From Verrucomicrobiota bacterium (lineage in GTDB: Bacteria; Verrucomicrobiota; Kiritimatiellia; JAAZAB01), in contig JAHIJO010000090.1 of NCBI GenBank assembly GCA_018898455.1, forward strand, positions 1 to 63,500: a stretch of DNA of 63,500 bases, in the 5' to 3' direction. Below are positions 39,834-48,662 of the stretch, one piece after another. The first letter of the stretch is position 1; each line of letters starts with the position of its first letter. The translations under genes were made by a program, and so were the position numbers. Below the pieces are notes generated by a model. That model worked only from the letters and a program-made list of their open reading frames with translations. It was not told the DNA's origin and did not search any database.

Positions 39834-40865
39834 TCAATCCACTCGTCCCCCGCCGTTAAAGGCGCGGCTGGGAAGGTTGCCGTGCCAGATGAGGTTGGCG
39901 TGCTGGAGCTGTCGGCATTCTTCCCGGGCCGGCGGACGGTAGAATAGACGGAACTGATCGGACCATTCGCCCAGGCCGGTGATGGCCCGCGGGGGCTCCT
40001 TGCCTTGACGGACAAACCACTGCGGGTCGCGCAGATCGATTCGGATGGAATATTTTTCGCCGGGTTTCAGGACATGCACGTCGGCGTCGGTCGGCGCCGG
40101 TCGTTGTTGGTCGGCACTGGTCCAAGCCCAATTATTACGACTCCAGCCCCGGATGGTATCGGGTCCCAGGTCGATGGATTTCCCCTGCGGCAAGTCCACC
40201 ACGGCAATAGCATTCGATGAGGCGTTCATCAAGGTCAGCGTTGCCGCCACGACAACGCGGTTGGTCACCGTCCGGTTCGATAGATTATTCGTGGCCGTCT
40301 GCTCATCATTCTCGATCGCCAAGCCGATACCGATCGGGCTCCAGCGATGGCCTTTGAGCACACTCTTGCCGTTGCCGGATACGGCCACTTCCATTTCGAG
40401 CGGAATCTGGATCTCGCCTTCGCTCCGGCCGCGTTCCAAGTCCAGCCCTTTGCCTTGTTCAACGAAGTATGCCTCCAGGCCATACCGGATGCTCAGATTG
40501 GCACCCCCCTGGCCGGCGCGTCCGCGGAGTACCACCTCGGCGTCGGCCGGTTTCCGGTCCGAGACATAGTCGAGCGAGGCGAGGTCGCCGTGCATTTTCA
40601 GCGCGGCATAGACCTTGATGTCTTTGCGGGTTGAGCCGTCCTGTTTTTGCGAACGCAATCCATCGCGCGATTGGTTGGTGGTCGCATGCCCGATTTCATA
40701 ATCGAGGCGGACGAAATCGCCGCGGAACGCATCGCGCGGATCAATGGGTGCGGTGCGCAGATAGATGGTCCGGCCAGTGCGGAAAATCAGCTCGCGTTCC
40801 GTGGCCATGTAGGCCAGCACGAGGCATTGCAGGGCGGCGCCGCCGATGACGATCCAGGTTTTCAT
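39834..40865 (-). CDS. GDYXXLXY domain protein with extra C-terminal domain
   Basis: LRTAPIDPRDAFRGDFVRLDY, YGLEAYFVEQGKG, followed by about 170 additional aa. Confidence 0.85.
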   Translation of the reverse strand: MKTWIVIGGAALQCLVLAYMATERELIFRTGRTIYLRTAPIDPRDAFRGDFVRLDYEIGHATTNQSRDGLRSQKQDGSTRKDIKVYAALKMHGDLASLDYVSDRKPADAEVVLRGRAGQGGANLSIRYGLEAYFVEQGKGLDLERGRSEGEIQIPLEMEVAVSGNGKSVLKGHRWSPIGIGLAIENDEQTATNNLSNRTVTNRVVVAATLTLMNASSNAIAVVDLPQGKSIDLGPDTIRGWSRNNWAWTSADQQRPAPTDADVHVLKPGEKYSIRIDLRDPQWFVRQGKEPPRAITGLGEWSDQFRLFYRPPAREECRQLQHANLIWHGNLPSRAFNGGGRVD

Positions 40866-42178
40866 GTAATTTTACACTTCTTCGTTCGCGCGTAGAGGTA
40901 TCCCTCGGCGAAAATAACGGCCCCGATGATAATAAAAACCAAACCGCGGATGAATAAGCTGTCGAAGATGTCGAAGTAGCGGGCCACGGCCAGTGCGATC
41001 AGTAAAATGGATCCGGTGATGGCGGCGCCCGGTTGGGTTTGGCGGCAGCCGCGCGCCATCAGGGCCAAGGCGAAAGCGAGGAGCACCAGGTTGCAGGGCG
41101 CTGACAAGAACCAGCCCCCGAAGGTTGCCGGCCATAGAATGCCGCACAACACCAGCAGAACCACGAGCGGGGCGAGGTAGATCTCAAAGCCGGGAGCGTC
41201 CGGGTCGGGGTCATTCCCAACGAGGATACGCTTCCACAACACCATGAGCCACGCAAGCAGGGTGAGGATAAAGGGCGCCAGCCACGCAACCCGGACCCAA
41301 CCCGTGAGTTCGTGTTCAATGTGCAGGATGTGACGATGCATATCCGGGAAGCAGAGCAGGTAAAGCGTCACATAAAAGATGGTCCAGCCGAAGATACCGA
41401 AGACGGGGGCCGACTCGGGGAATCTGCCATACATCCTGACGAGAAACCGAAGCGCAATCCAGAGGACGCCCAGGTTCAGAATCGTGCAGAAGATCAGCCA
41501 GGGATGATGATCAATATCCGGCAGGGTAAAAATGATTGAGATGGTAAATGCGAGCAGGAGAACACCCAGGAGGAGTCGCGACTTCCGCCACCAGGCCATT
41601 CCGCCCAGGACCCCGGCCAGCAGAAGTGGTGCGGCAAGCATGAGCGTATCAAATTCAATCCGTTCGACGCCGCACCAGGTCGTCAGGAGAATAGCGGCAA
41701 GAATGGCCTGTGGAATGGACGGCATGACCAGCCCCAGCACAAGGGCGCCCAGCCCCCAGATCAGAAACGCATTCGGGAAATGTTCCTCGATGTGATAAAT
41801 CTGGGCCACCAGCCAGATGCCGGCGCCGAACAGCATGGTGCCGAGGAGGCAAAGCCCTTCGCCCAGGTTCCTGAAGCGCGCGCTGGCCAGAAACAGGCGT
41901 AATCCAAGCCCATGCACGGCGGCCAACGTGCCGAGCACCAGCGCCAACTTGGCGAACTTGGGAATCGCATGCCAGTTGTAGGCGAAAAGGAGAATCACGC
42001 CCAGCCCGGTGATGACGGCGCCAAGCGAGGAAAAGACAATCATCCCCCACGCGGTGCCGGATTCGGCAACGGGGTATCTCCGGCGAAGAGTTTCGGCCTG
42101 GGCTGGGGAAACCAAACCATCCCGCGACCACAAATCGATCTCGCCCCGAATCCATTGATGTAATTGCTGAAGCGACAT
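40862..42178 (-). CDS. DUF2157 polytopic membrane protein
   Basis: WSRDGLVS, LGVILLFAYNW, GAGIWLVAQIYHI; overlaps the GDYXXLXY gene. Confidence 0.88.
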   Translation of the reverse strand: MSLQQLHQWIRGEIDLWSRDGLVSPAQAETLRRRYPVAESGTAWGMIVFSSLGAVITGLGVILLFAYNWHAIPKFAKLALVLGTLAAVHGLGLRLFLASARFRNLGEGLCLLGTMLFGAGIWLVAQIYHIEEHFPNAFLIWGLGALVLGLVMPSIPQAILAAILLTTWCGVERIEFDTLMLAAPLLLAGVLGGMAWWRKSRLLLGVLLLAFTISIIFTLPDIDHHPWLIFCTILNLGVLWIALRFLVRMYGRFPESAPVFGIFGWTIFYVTLYLLCFPDMHRHILHIEHELTGWVRVAWLAPFILTLLAWLMVLWKRILVGNDPDPDAPGFEIYLAPLVVLLVLCGILWPATFGGWFLSAPCNLVLLAFALALMARGCRQTQPGAAITGSILLIALAVARYFDIFDSLFIRGLVFIIIGAVIFAEGYLYARTKKCKIT

Positions 42179-42328
42179 GGTTTATCTCAATAACCAAGAG
42201 CATATTGCCTGGCCGTCGGCGAGTCAAGTGGAAGGATCCGAATCCTGTCCAACGAGAGAAGCGATGGGCATCAAAACCAAAGGATATACAAAAGGGAAGC
42301 ACTTATCGCCCTTCGGACGGATTTATTG

Positions 42329-42730
42329 GTAGGGCGGCCACAGTCCCTTGGCCGCCGTTCTTGGTCCCGACTCTCAGAGAGGTCGTCCGGTCTGATCCGA
42401 AAAAAAGACGGCACGCCGCAAGTGGCGGCCTTACAACGACTTTAAAATCCTATCCATTGAATTACGGTAACGCCGACTTTACGTCGGTTATGTTTAGGCG
42501 AGGCGCGCTTGACACAATCGCTGCGGAAAGTCATCATGCCAGTTAGTTTTCAATGGAGCAAAATGGCCCGCCCCGCGGCGGGGCGGACTTTAATGGATTG
42601 AAAATAAAGCCATAGCCGGTATACTCGCCTGCAATCCGTCAGCCGACGGATAGCACTGCGGGCAGGAAACCGGCTCTACCAGCATAAAGCGTCAGGAGGT
42701 AGAGCAGGCTTTACGCCTGATATTTTCAGG
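42329..42730. repeat. Intergenic cluster of GTAG-type REP-like repeats and palindromes
   Basis: GTAGGGCGGCC...GGCCTTAC (42329-42434); CCGCCCCGC-g-GCGGGGCGG (42568-42586); 42611-42679 ending CTAC; GTAGAGCAGGC (42699); CCTGA-tattt-TCAGG (42716-42730). Confidence 0.65.
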
Positions 42731-42741
42731 GGAGAAAGCCC

Positions 42742-43536
42742 ATGCATTTCAAGGTCATCGGCTGTCATGCGCTTCGGCGCGAGTTATACGCCTGCGCAGC
42801 CCGGTCGCCGCACCTAGTGGATGTGATCATGCTGCCGCAAGGGTTGCATGAACAGCCCGATATACTCCGGCAGGAAGTCCAGCGTGAAGTTGACGCGCTG
42901 CCGATGGCGCAGCGCCGCTCCCGGCAGGAACTTTGTGACGGGGCTGTAGAATCTGACCGCCCCTTTGACGCCATCCTGCTGGGGTATGCCCTGTGCAGTA
43001 ATGGTACGGCCAATCTCAAGGCCGGAAGTAGTCCCCTGGTGATCCCCCGGGCACACGACTGCATCAGTCTCCTGCTCGGGTCGCGGAAGCGATACCAGGA
43101 CTATTTTGACCGGCATCCGGGCACCTATTGGTACAGCAGTGGCTGGATCGAGACCTGCCTCATGCCCGGCAAAGAACGCTATGAACAAACCCTGGCGTAT
43201 TATGCCCGGTTGTATGGAGAGGATAACGCCCAGTACCTCATGGATCTTCAGTCCGACTGGTACCAGGCCTACCATCGGGCGGCGTATGTTGACTGGGGGT
43301 TTCCCAACCGCGAGCGCGAACAGGCGTTCACCCGGAAATGCGCCGCCGATCTCGGATGGGAGTATGACGAACTCCAGGGAGATGCCGGTCTGCTCCAGCG
43401 CCTGGTGGATGGGGAGTGGCCGGAGGATGAATTCCTCATACTCCAGCCGGGGCAGATATCCGAGGCCGATCCCGCCGGCGCCGGTATCCTGAAAACCAAG
43501 AGTGATGCAACATCCCCCGGTCTTGCAGGCGAATAA
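42742..43536 (+). CDS. DUF1638 domain protein
   Basis: IGC, GLHEQP, LGYALCSNG, PRAHDCISLLLGS, TYWYSSGW. Confidence 0.88.
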   Translation: MHFKVIGCHALRRELYACAARSPHLVDVIMLPQGLHEQPDILRQEVQREVDALPMAQRRSRQELCDGAVESDRPFDAILLGYALCSNGTANLKAGSSPLVIPRAHDCISLLLGSRKRYQDYFDRHPGTYWYSSGWIETCLMPGKERYEQTLAYYARLYGEDNAQYLMDLQSDWYQAYHRAAYVDWGFPNREREQAFTRKCAADLGWEYDELQGDAGLLQRLVDGEWPEDEFLILQPGQISEADPAGAGILKTKSDATSPGLAGE

Positions 43537-43623
43537 TTCGGTCACCCTGCTTCAAAACCGCTGTAACAGGCGTACAATGTTTTTTAGGGCAGAGAAAAAA
43601 AGTAGAATATTATTGTAACAGGC

Positions 43624-43710
43624 ATGGAGAAGCCGGCCCTTTCTTTTGCCGAGCAGGCCGCCCGGCTACTTGATCGCGGCCTTGTTGCCGACCGTAGCGA
43701 GCTGATGGAT
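43624..43710 (+). pseudogene. 5' fragment of an Abi-like (Abi_2/AbiF-type) gene
   Basis: MEKPALSFAEQAARLLDRGL matches the typical KP(A/F)L(S/T)xxEQ...L..RGL N-terminus; similarity is lost after about 29 codons. Confidence 0.6.
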
Positions 43711-43768
43711 ATTCAGAATGTTGTCGAGCATAATGGCACAATGAGAATTTCTGTAAAGGCGGTAGGGC

Positions 43769-45601
43769 ATGAAAATAACGAACTTTTTATGGGTATTGGG
43801 ATTTCTGATTTGCATTGGGGGTATTTCAAATTCAGCCATGTCTAAGAACATTGTTATCTATTCGTGGAACGTAGCCGGATCTCTCGAAAAGCCTGCCGCT
43901 TTTCTCAAGAAGGCCAACCCCGACATAATCTTTCTCCTTGAGGCCGGGCCCGAGGATGGATTGAAAACATTTGCCGGTGATAAGACGTACCGTTATTCCA
44001 AAGGTTCCTACCCCTTGGCCATCGTGAGTAAACTTGCAATCGAGGACTACGAACAACTGAACCTGCCGCATCTGAGTAAGCCCGTCTTGATGAGCACCTA
44101 TAAGATACAGAATCACAGTTTCACCGTCTTCGCTCTCCACCTGAAGAATGATAAAGGTTCGCCTGAGCAGGTGCGTGAAGCAAAAACCATTCTTGAAGAA
44201 GTGGAAAAAAGGACAAAAAACACAAGCACAATAATCCTTGGCGACTTCAACGCGTTGACCCGGGCGGACGGGGAGAAAGAAAACACCGCGATTATCGAAT
44301 TGTTTTTAAGCCGCGGGTACGTTGACGCCTTCAAGTGCAAGAACCCGGACCGGACGGAGCCCACCAAGATTGACAGGTCCAACAAGAATAAGCGCATTGA
44401 CTACATCCTGGTCTCGAAAGATTTAGTCCCCTTCCTGACTAAGTCCTACGTTCTATCCGAGACGGATAAGGACATCTCCGACCACAGGGCGGTCTGGGCC
44501 AGCTTTGACTTCCAAGCTGAGAAAATCGGAAACGTGGCCTTCAGAATAGGAGGCGGCGAAACAGCCGACAAGCCGCAGTCGAAGTGCTGGTATCACGATG
44601 GTTCATGGTGGTGCATATTGGCTGATGGCACGGGAACCTTCTTCCACGAGTTCACCAACGGCAATTGGATCAAAAAGCAGCTGGTGGATCCAAGCACATC
44701 CGGCAGGGCTGATGTATTGTGCGATGATGCCCAACTCTACGTTGTAATTTACATGGGCAATCCATCGGAGCAGTCGCTCTTCTTTAAGTATCACTACGAC
44801 AAGCAGACGAAGGAATACTTGCCGGATGCCGGTTTTCCAATTCCCATTTCAGTCCCGCCGGGGCATGAAACGATGGTCATAGAAAAGGACTCTACGGGAA
44901 GAATCTGGCTTACCTACAAAGCCCAGGGCAACATCTGGGCGAGTTGTTCCGAGCCCGGGAACGAAAGGCTCTGGACGTTCCCCGGAGGTGTTATCCAACC
45001 GGATGTGAGCAACGACGACATTTCTTCAATCGTCTCGTTTCAGGGGAAAATCGGTGTCTTCTGGTCGGACCAGAAAAGACATCAATTCGGATTCAAGATT
45101 CATAAGGACGATGACCCTGCGGACAAATGGCAGCCGGTCGAAGTTGTTGACGACGAGGAATATATTGCCGATGACCACATCAACATCGCCTCAGCGAAGG
45201 ACGGAAGAATCTTCGTCGTCACAAAAACGAGCAAAAACGACGTCAAACAAAACATCAAAGACCCCCTCTTGGTCTTATACGTGCGAAGCAGGGAAGGAAA
45301 ATGGACCCATCATACCGTGCTAACCGTTGAAAAAAAAGGCACAAGACCCATAGTCCTCGCAGATGAAGTAAACGACAAACTATACATCCTTTATACTGAC
45401 AATGAAGCAGGCGGGAGGATCCTTTACAAGAGTACCTCACTAAACAGCATGGATTTTCACGAGGAAGCAAAAGAGTTCATTTCTGTACCCGGAGTGAAAC
45501 TCAACAACGTCACCAGCACCAAACAGAATATAGACAGCACTACAGGCCTCATGGCGATATGCAAAGGCGGCCACATCGGCTATTTTAATTTCATCCGATA
45601 G
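43769..45601 (+). CDS. Exported endonuclease/exonuclease/phosphatase (EEP) domain fused to a beta-propeller-like domain
   Basis: Signal peptide; SWNV, FLLEA, LGDFN, RIDYI, SDHRAV; C-half TADKPQSKCWYHDGSWW, DDHINI. Confidence 0.8.
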   Translation: MKITNFLWVLGFLICIGGISNSAMSKNIVIYSWNVAGSLEKPAAFLKKANPDIIFLLEAGPEDGLKTFAGDKTYRYSKGSYPLAIVSKLAIEDYEQLNLPHLSKPVLMSTYKIQNHSFTVFALHLKNDKGSPEQVREAKTILEEVEKRTKNTSTIILGDFNALTRADGEKENTAIIELFLSRGYVDAFKCKNPDRTEPTKIDRSNKNKRIDYILVSKDLVPFLTKSYVLSETDKDISDHRAVWASFDFQAEKIGNVAFRIGGGETADKPQSKCWYHDGSWWCILADGTGTFFHEFTNGNWIKKQLVDPSTSGRADVLCDDAQLYVVIYMGNPSEQSLFFKYHYDKQTKEYLPDAGFPIPISVPPGHETMVIEKDSTGRIWLTYKAQGNIWASCSEPGNERLWTFPGGVIQPDVSNDDISSIVSFQGKIGVFWSDQKRHQFGFKIHKDDDPADKWQPVEVVDDEEYIADDHINIASAKDGRIFVVTKTSKNDVKQNIKDPLLVLYVRSREGKWTHHTVLTVEKKGTRPIVLADEVNDKLYILYTDNEAGGRILYKSTSLNSMDFHEEAKEFISVPGVKLNNVTSTKQNIDSTTGLMAICKGGHIGYFNFIR

Positions 45602-45760
45602 AGAACGGCTTGCGGTGAACCGTCATGCCTTCATCGTGCGACCGGCGGCCCACAAAGGAAGCCAACGGAATTGTGCTTCCGACGGGCAGTCAACGAAAAG
45701 ATATTGGGTGAAAATTGCACGTTTCCGGGCGATTTTTAGATTTTATATTCCTGTTTTTTA

Positions 45761-45788
45761 TTGACCTTCCAAGCTAAAAGCCTAGGAT
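45761..45788 (+). promoter_or_regulatory. Sigma70-type promoter for ilvC
   Basis: TTGACC-16 nt-TAGGAT, ~65 nt upstream of the ATG. Confidence 0.45.
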
Positions 45789-45851
45789 GAACGGCGCATT
45801 ACTGAATCCATGCGGGATTCAGGATTAATACTATCACGGAGGAAATGAAAC

Positions 45852-46949
45852 ATGGCTATTATCGATTTCGGCGGATCGAAGGAGAACATCGTCACGCGCA
45901 AGGAATTTTCCATGGATAAAGCCAGGAAAATTCTTCGCAATGAAACCATCGCTGTCATCGGCTACGGCGTCCAGGGCCCGGCCCAGGCCTTGAACCTCAA
46001 GGACAATGGGTTTCGCGTGATCATCGGCCAGTCCAAGGCTTTCAAGCGCGACTGGAATCGCGCCCAGAAGGATGGGTGGGTCCCCGGCAAGACACTGTTC
46101 GATATCGACGAAGCCGTCCGGCGCGGGACGATCATCCAGATCCTCGTGGCGGATGCCGCCCAGAGACAAATCTGGCCGACGGTCAAGGCCAATCTGAAGA
46201 AGGGCGATGCGCTCTATTTCTCGCATGGGTTTTCCATCGTGTACAAGAACCAGACAGCCGTGATTCCGCCGAAGAACGTGGACGTTATCATGGTGGCGCC
46301 CAAAGGATCGGGCACGTCCGTGCGGCGTAATTTTCTTTCCGGCGCCGGGATTAACTCCAGCTATGCCGTCTTTCAGAACGCCACGGGGCGCGCCAAGGAT
46401 CGTTGCCTGGCGCTTGGCATTGGAGTGGGGTCCGGGTATCTGTTCCCGACGACCTTCGAACAAGAGGTCTACAGCGATTTGACCGGCGAGCGTGGCATTC
46501 TCATGGGAGCCCTGGCGGGCGTCATGGAAGCCCAGTACGATGTGCTCCGGATGCACGGGCATTCCCCCAGCGAGGCGTTCAACGAGACGGTCGAGGAGTT
46601 GACCCAGAGCCTGATCCGCCTGGTGGACGAGAATGGCATGGACTGGATGTTCTCCAATTGTTCCGCCACGGCTCAGCGCGGGGCGTTGGATTGGAGGCCG
46701 AAATTCAAGAAAGCCACGCTCCCCGTATTCAAGGCCCTTTACCAGGCCGTGAAGTCGGGCAAGGAAACGGCGCGTGTCATTTCATCCTGCGGCAAGCGAA
46801 ACTACCAGCAATTGTTGGCTAAGGAACTCGGCGCCTTGGGTAATTCCGAAATGTGGCGTGCCGGCCGCGCTGTTCGTTCCCTGCGTCCGCGGGAAAAGGC
46901 CAAAGCCATTACCCGTGACACCAAGGGCGTTGCCGGACGAAAGGCCTGA
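45852..46949 (+). CDS. ilvC: Ketol-acid reductoisomerase
   Basis: IAVIGYGVQG, FSHGF, VAPKGSG, SDLTGERGIL, AFNETVEE, CSATAQRGA. Confidence 0.96.
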   Translation: MAIIDFGGSKENIVTRKEFSMDKARKILRNETIAVIGYGVQGPAQALNLKDNGFRVIIGQSKAFKRDWNRAQKDGWVPGKTLFDIDEAVRRGTIIQILVADAAQRQIWPTVKANLKKGDALYFSHGFSIVYKNQTAVIPPKNVDVIMVAPKGSGTSVRRNFLSGAGINSSYAVFQNATGRAKDRCLALGIGVGSGYLFPTTFEQEVYSDLTGERGILMGALAGVMEAQYDVLRMHGHSPSEAFNETVEELTQSLIRLVDENGMDWMFSNCSATAQRGALDWRPKFKKATLPVFKALYQAVKSGKETARVISSCGKRNYQQLLAKELGALGNSEMWRAGRAVRSLRPREKAKAITRDTKGVAGRKA

Positions 46950-46983
46950 TAAATCACGCTTGGAAGTGTGATTTATTACTCTT

Positions 46984-48648
46984 GTGAGCACGATCACTGT
47001 CAAACTGGATGCTGGGGCCTTGCTGACTTGTGAAGCCGGTACCGAAGCTGGCGCCCTTTTGCCAAGCCGGATATCTCCCGATGGTATGCCTTTTATCGGT
47101 TGTTTAGCCAACAACGACGTATCGTCATTGTCGTACCCGCTGGATGTGAACAGCGCCGTCCGTTTCCTGACCATGCGGGATCCGCAAGGCATGCGGATCT
47201 ATCGGAATTCCATCTCGTTTCTATTGTCCAAGGCGGCCGCGACGTTGTTTCCACGGGCCCGTTTTTATATTGAGCACTCCCTCGGCACCGGCTACTTCTG
47301 CCGTTTTGAAACCGGATCGCGGCGGTCGATCACTCCGCAACAGGTGCAGAGGATGGAAGACGCCATGCGCCGCCTGGTCGAACGGAACTTGCCGATTCGG
47401 CGTCAAAAACTGGCTTTTATCGAGGCGTTAAGCATATTTGAAAAAGCCGGATTGATCGACAAGGTTAACCTGCTCCGATTCCGTAATCCGCCAAAGATCA
47501 TCATCTATGAATGCGACGGGTATATTGACTTGGCTCATGGTCCCCTGGCCCAGAACACCGGCGTCTTGAATGTGTTCCAGCTGATTCATTATCCGCCGGG
47601 GCTGGTGCTTCAATTCCCGGACCCGGACCGATTGCATCGCGTCGTGCCCTTTCGGGATCAGCCCCATCTGTTTCAGATTTTCCAGGAGCACAAGGAATGG
47701 GGTCGGGTGCTGGGCGTCAATAATGTGGGCAAGCTGAATGAACTCATCGCCGGCGGCGGCATCCGGAATTTCATCAAGGTGGAAGAGGCCTTCCATGAAA
47801 AGAAAATAGCATCGATTGCCGACCGCATTTTCACTCGGCGTCCCCGCGTACGCCTGGTGCTCATTGCCGGCCCGTCCGCGGCGGGCAAGACGACTTTTTC
47901 CAAACGGCTGGCAGTGGAACTGGAAGGTCTGGGCGTAAGGCCGGTCATGATTTCGCTGGATAATTATTACAAGAATGACGCCCAGACGCCCTGCGACCGG
48001 AGCGGTCATCCGGATTATGAACATATTAGGGCGGTCGATGTCGAGTTGTTCAACCGGCATATTCTCCGCTTGATTGCGGGGAAGGAAATTGATTTGCCGT
48101 ATTTTAATTTTCAGAAAAAGCGGCGGGAATACCGCGGCGAGCGGCTCGCAATCAGTGACGACCAGGTCGTCATCGTGGAAGGCATCCATGGGTTGAATCC
48201 TCGGTTCACGCACCGGGTTCCGGATCGCTACACGTTCCGGATCTATATCAGCGCACTCACCCAGTTGAATATCGATGCCAATAACCGCATTTCTACCACC
48301 GACAACCGCCTGATGCGCCGCCTGGTTCGCGACCATGCCTATCGCGGCAATTCGGCGCTGGCCACCTTTCGCATGTGGCCTTCGGTCCGGCGCGGTGAAA
48401 AAACATGGATATTTCCCTATCAAAACAGGGCGGATGTCACCTTCAATTCGGCGCTTGATTATGAACTGGCTGTTCTGAAGCCGCTCATCGAGCCGCTGCT
48501 GATGGAAATCAAGCCATTGGATCCGGAATATGCCGAAGCGCGCCGGCTCCAGGAATTTCTGTCCAATTTTCTTGAAGTCCTGACAGCGGAAGTGCCGAGC
48601 ACGTCCATTCTGCGGGAATTCATCGGCGCCAGCGGGTTTAAATATTAG
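46984..48648 (+). CDS. Uridine-kinase-like nucleoside kinase with ThrRS-like N-terminal domain
   Basis: IAGPSAAGKTT, ISLDNYY, IVEGIHGLN, YISALTQL, RRLVRD; N-terminal DLAHGPL. Confidence 0.85.
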   Translation: MSTITVKLDAGALLTCEAGTEAGALLPSRISPDGMPFIGCLANNDVSSLSYPLDVNSAVRFLTMRDPQGMRIYRNSISFLLSKAAATLFPRARFYIEHSLGTGYFCRFETGSRRSITPQQVQRMEDAMRRLVERNLPIRRQKLAFIEALSIFEKAGLIDKVNLLRFRNPPKIIIYECDGYIDLAHGPLAQNTGVLNVFQLIHYPPGLVLQFPDPDRLHRVVPFRDQPHLFQIFQEHKEWGRVLGVNNVGKLNELIAGGGIRNFIKVEEAFHEKKIASIADRIFTRRPRVRLVLIAGPSAAGKTTFSKRLAVELEGLGVRPVMISLDNYYKNDAQTPCDRSGHPDYEHIRAVDVELFNRHILRLIAGKEIDLPYFNFQKKRREYRGERLAISDDQVVIVEGIHGLNPRFTHRVPDRYTFRIYISALTQLNIDANNRISTTDNRLMRRLVRDHAYRGNSALATFRMWPSVRRGEKTWIFPYQNRADVTFNSALDYELAVLKPLIEPLLMEIKPLDPEYAEARRLQEFLSNFLEVLTAEVPSTSILREFIGASGFKY

Positions 48649-48662
48649 AAAGGATTGTCATT

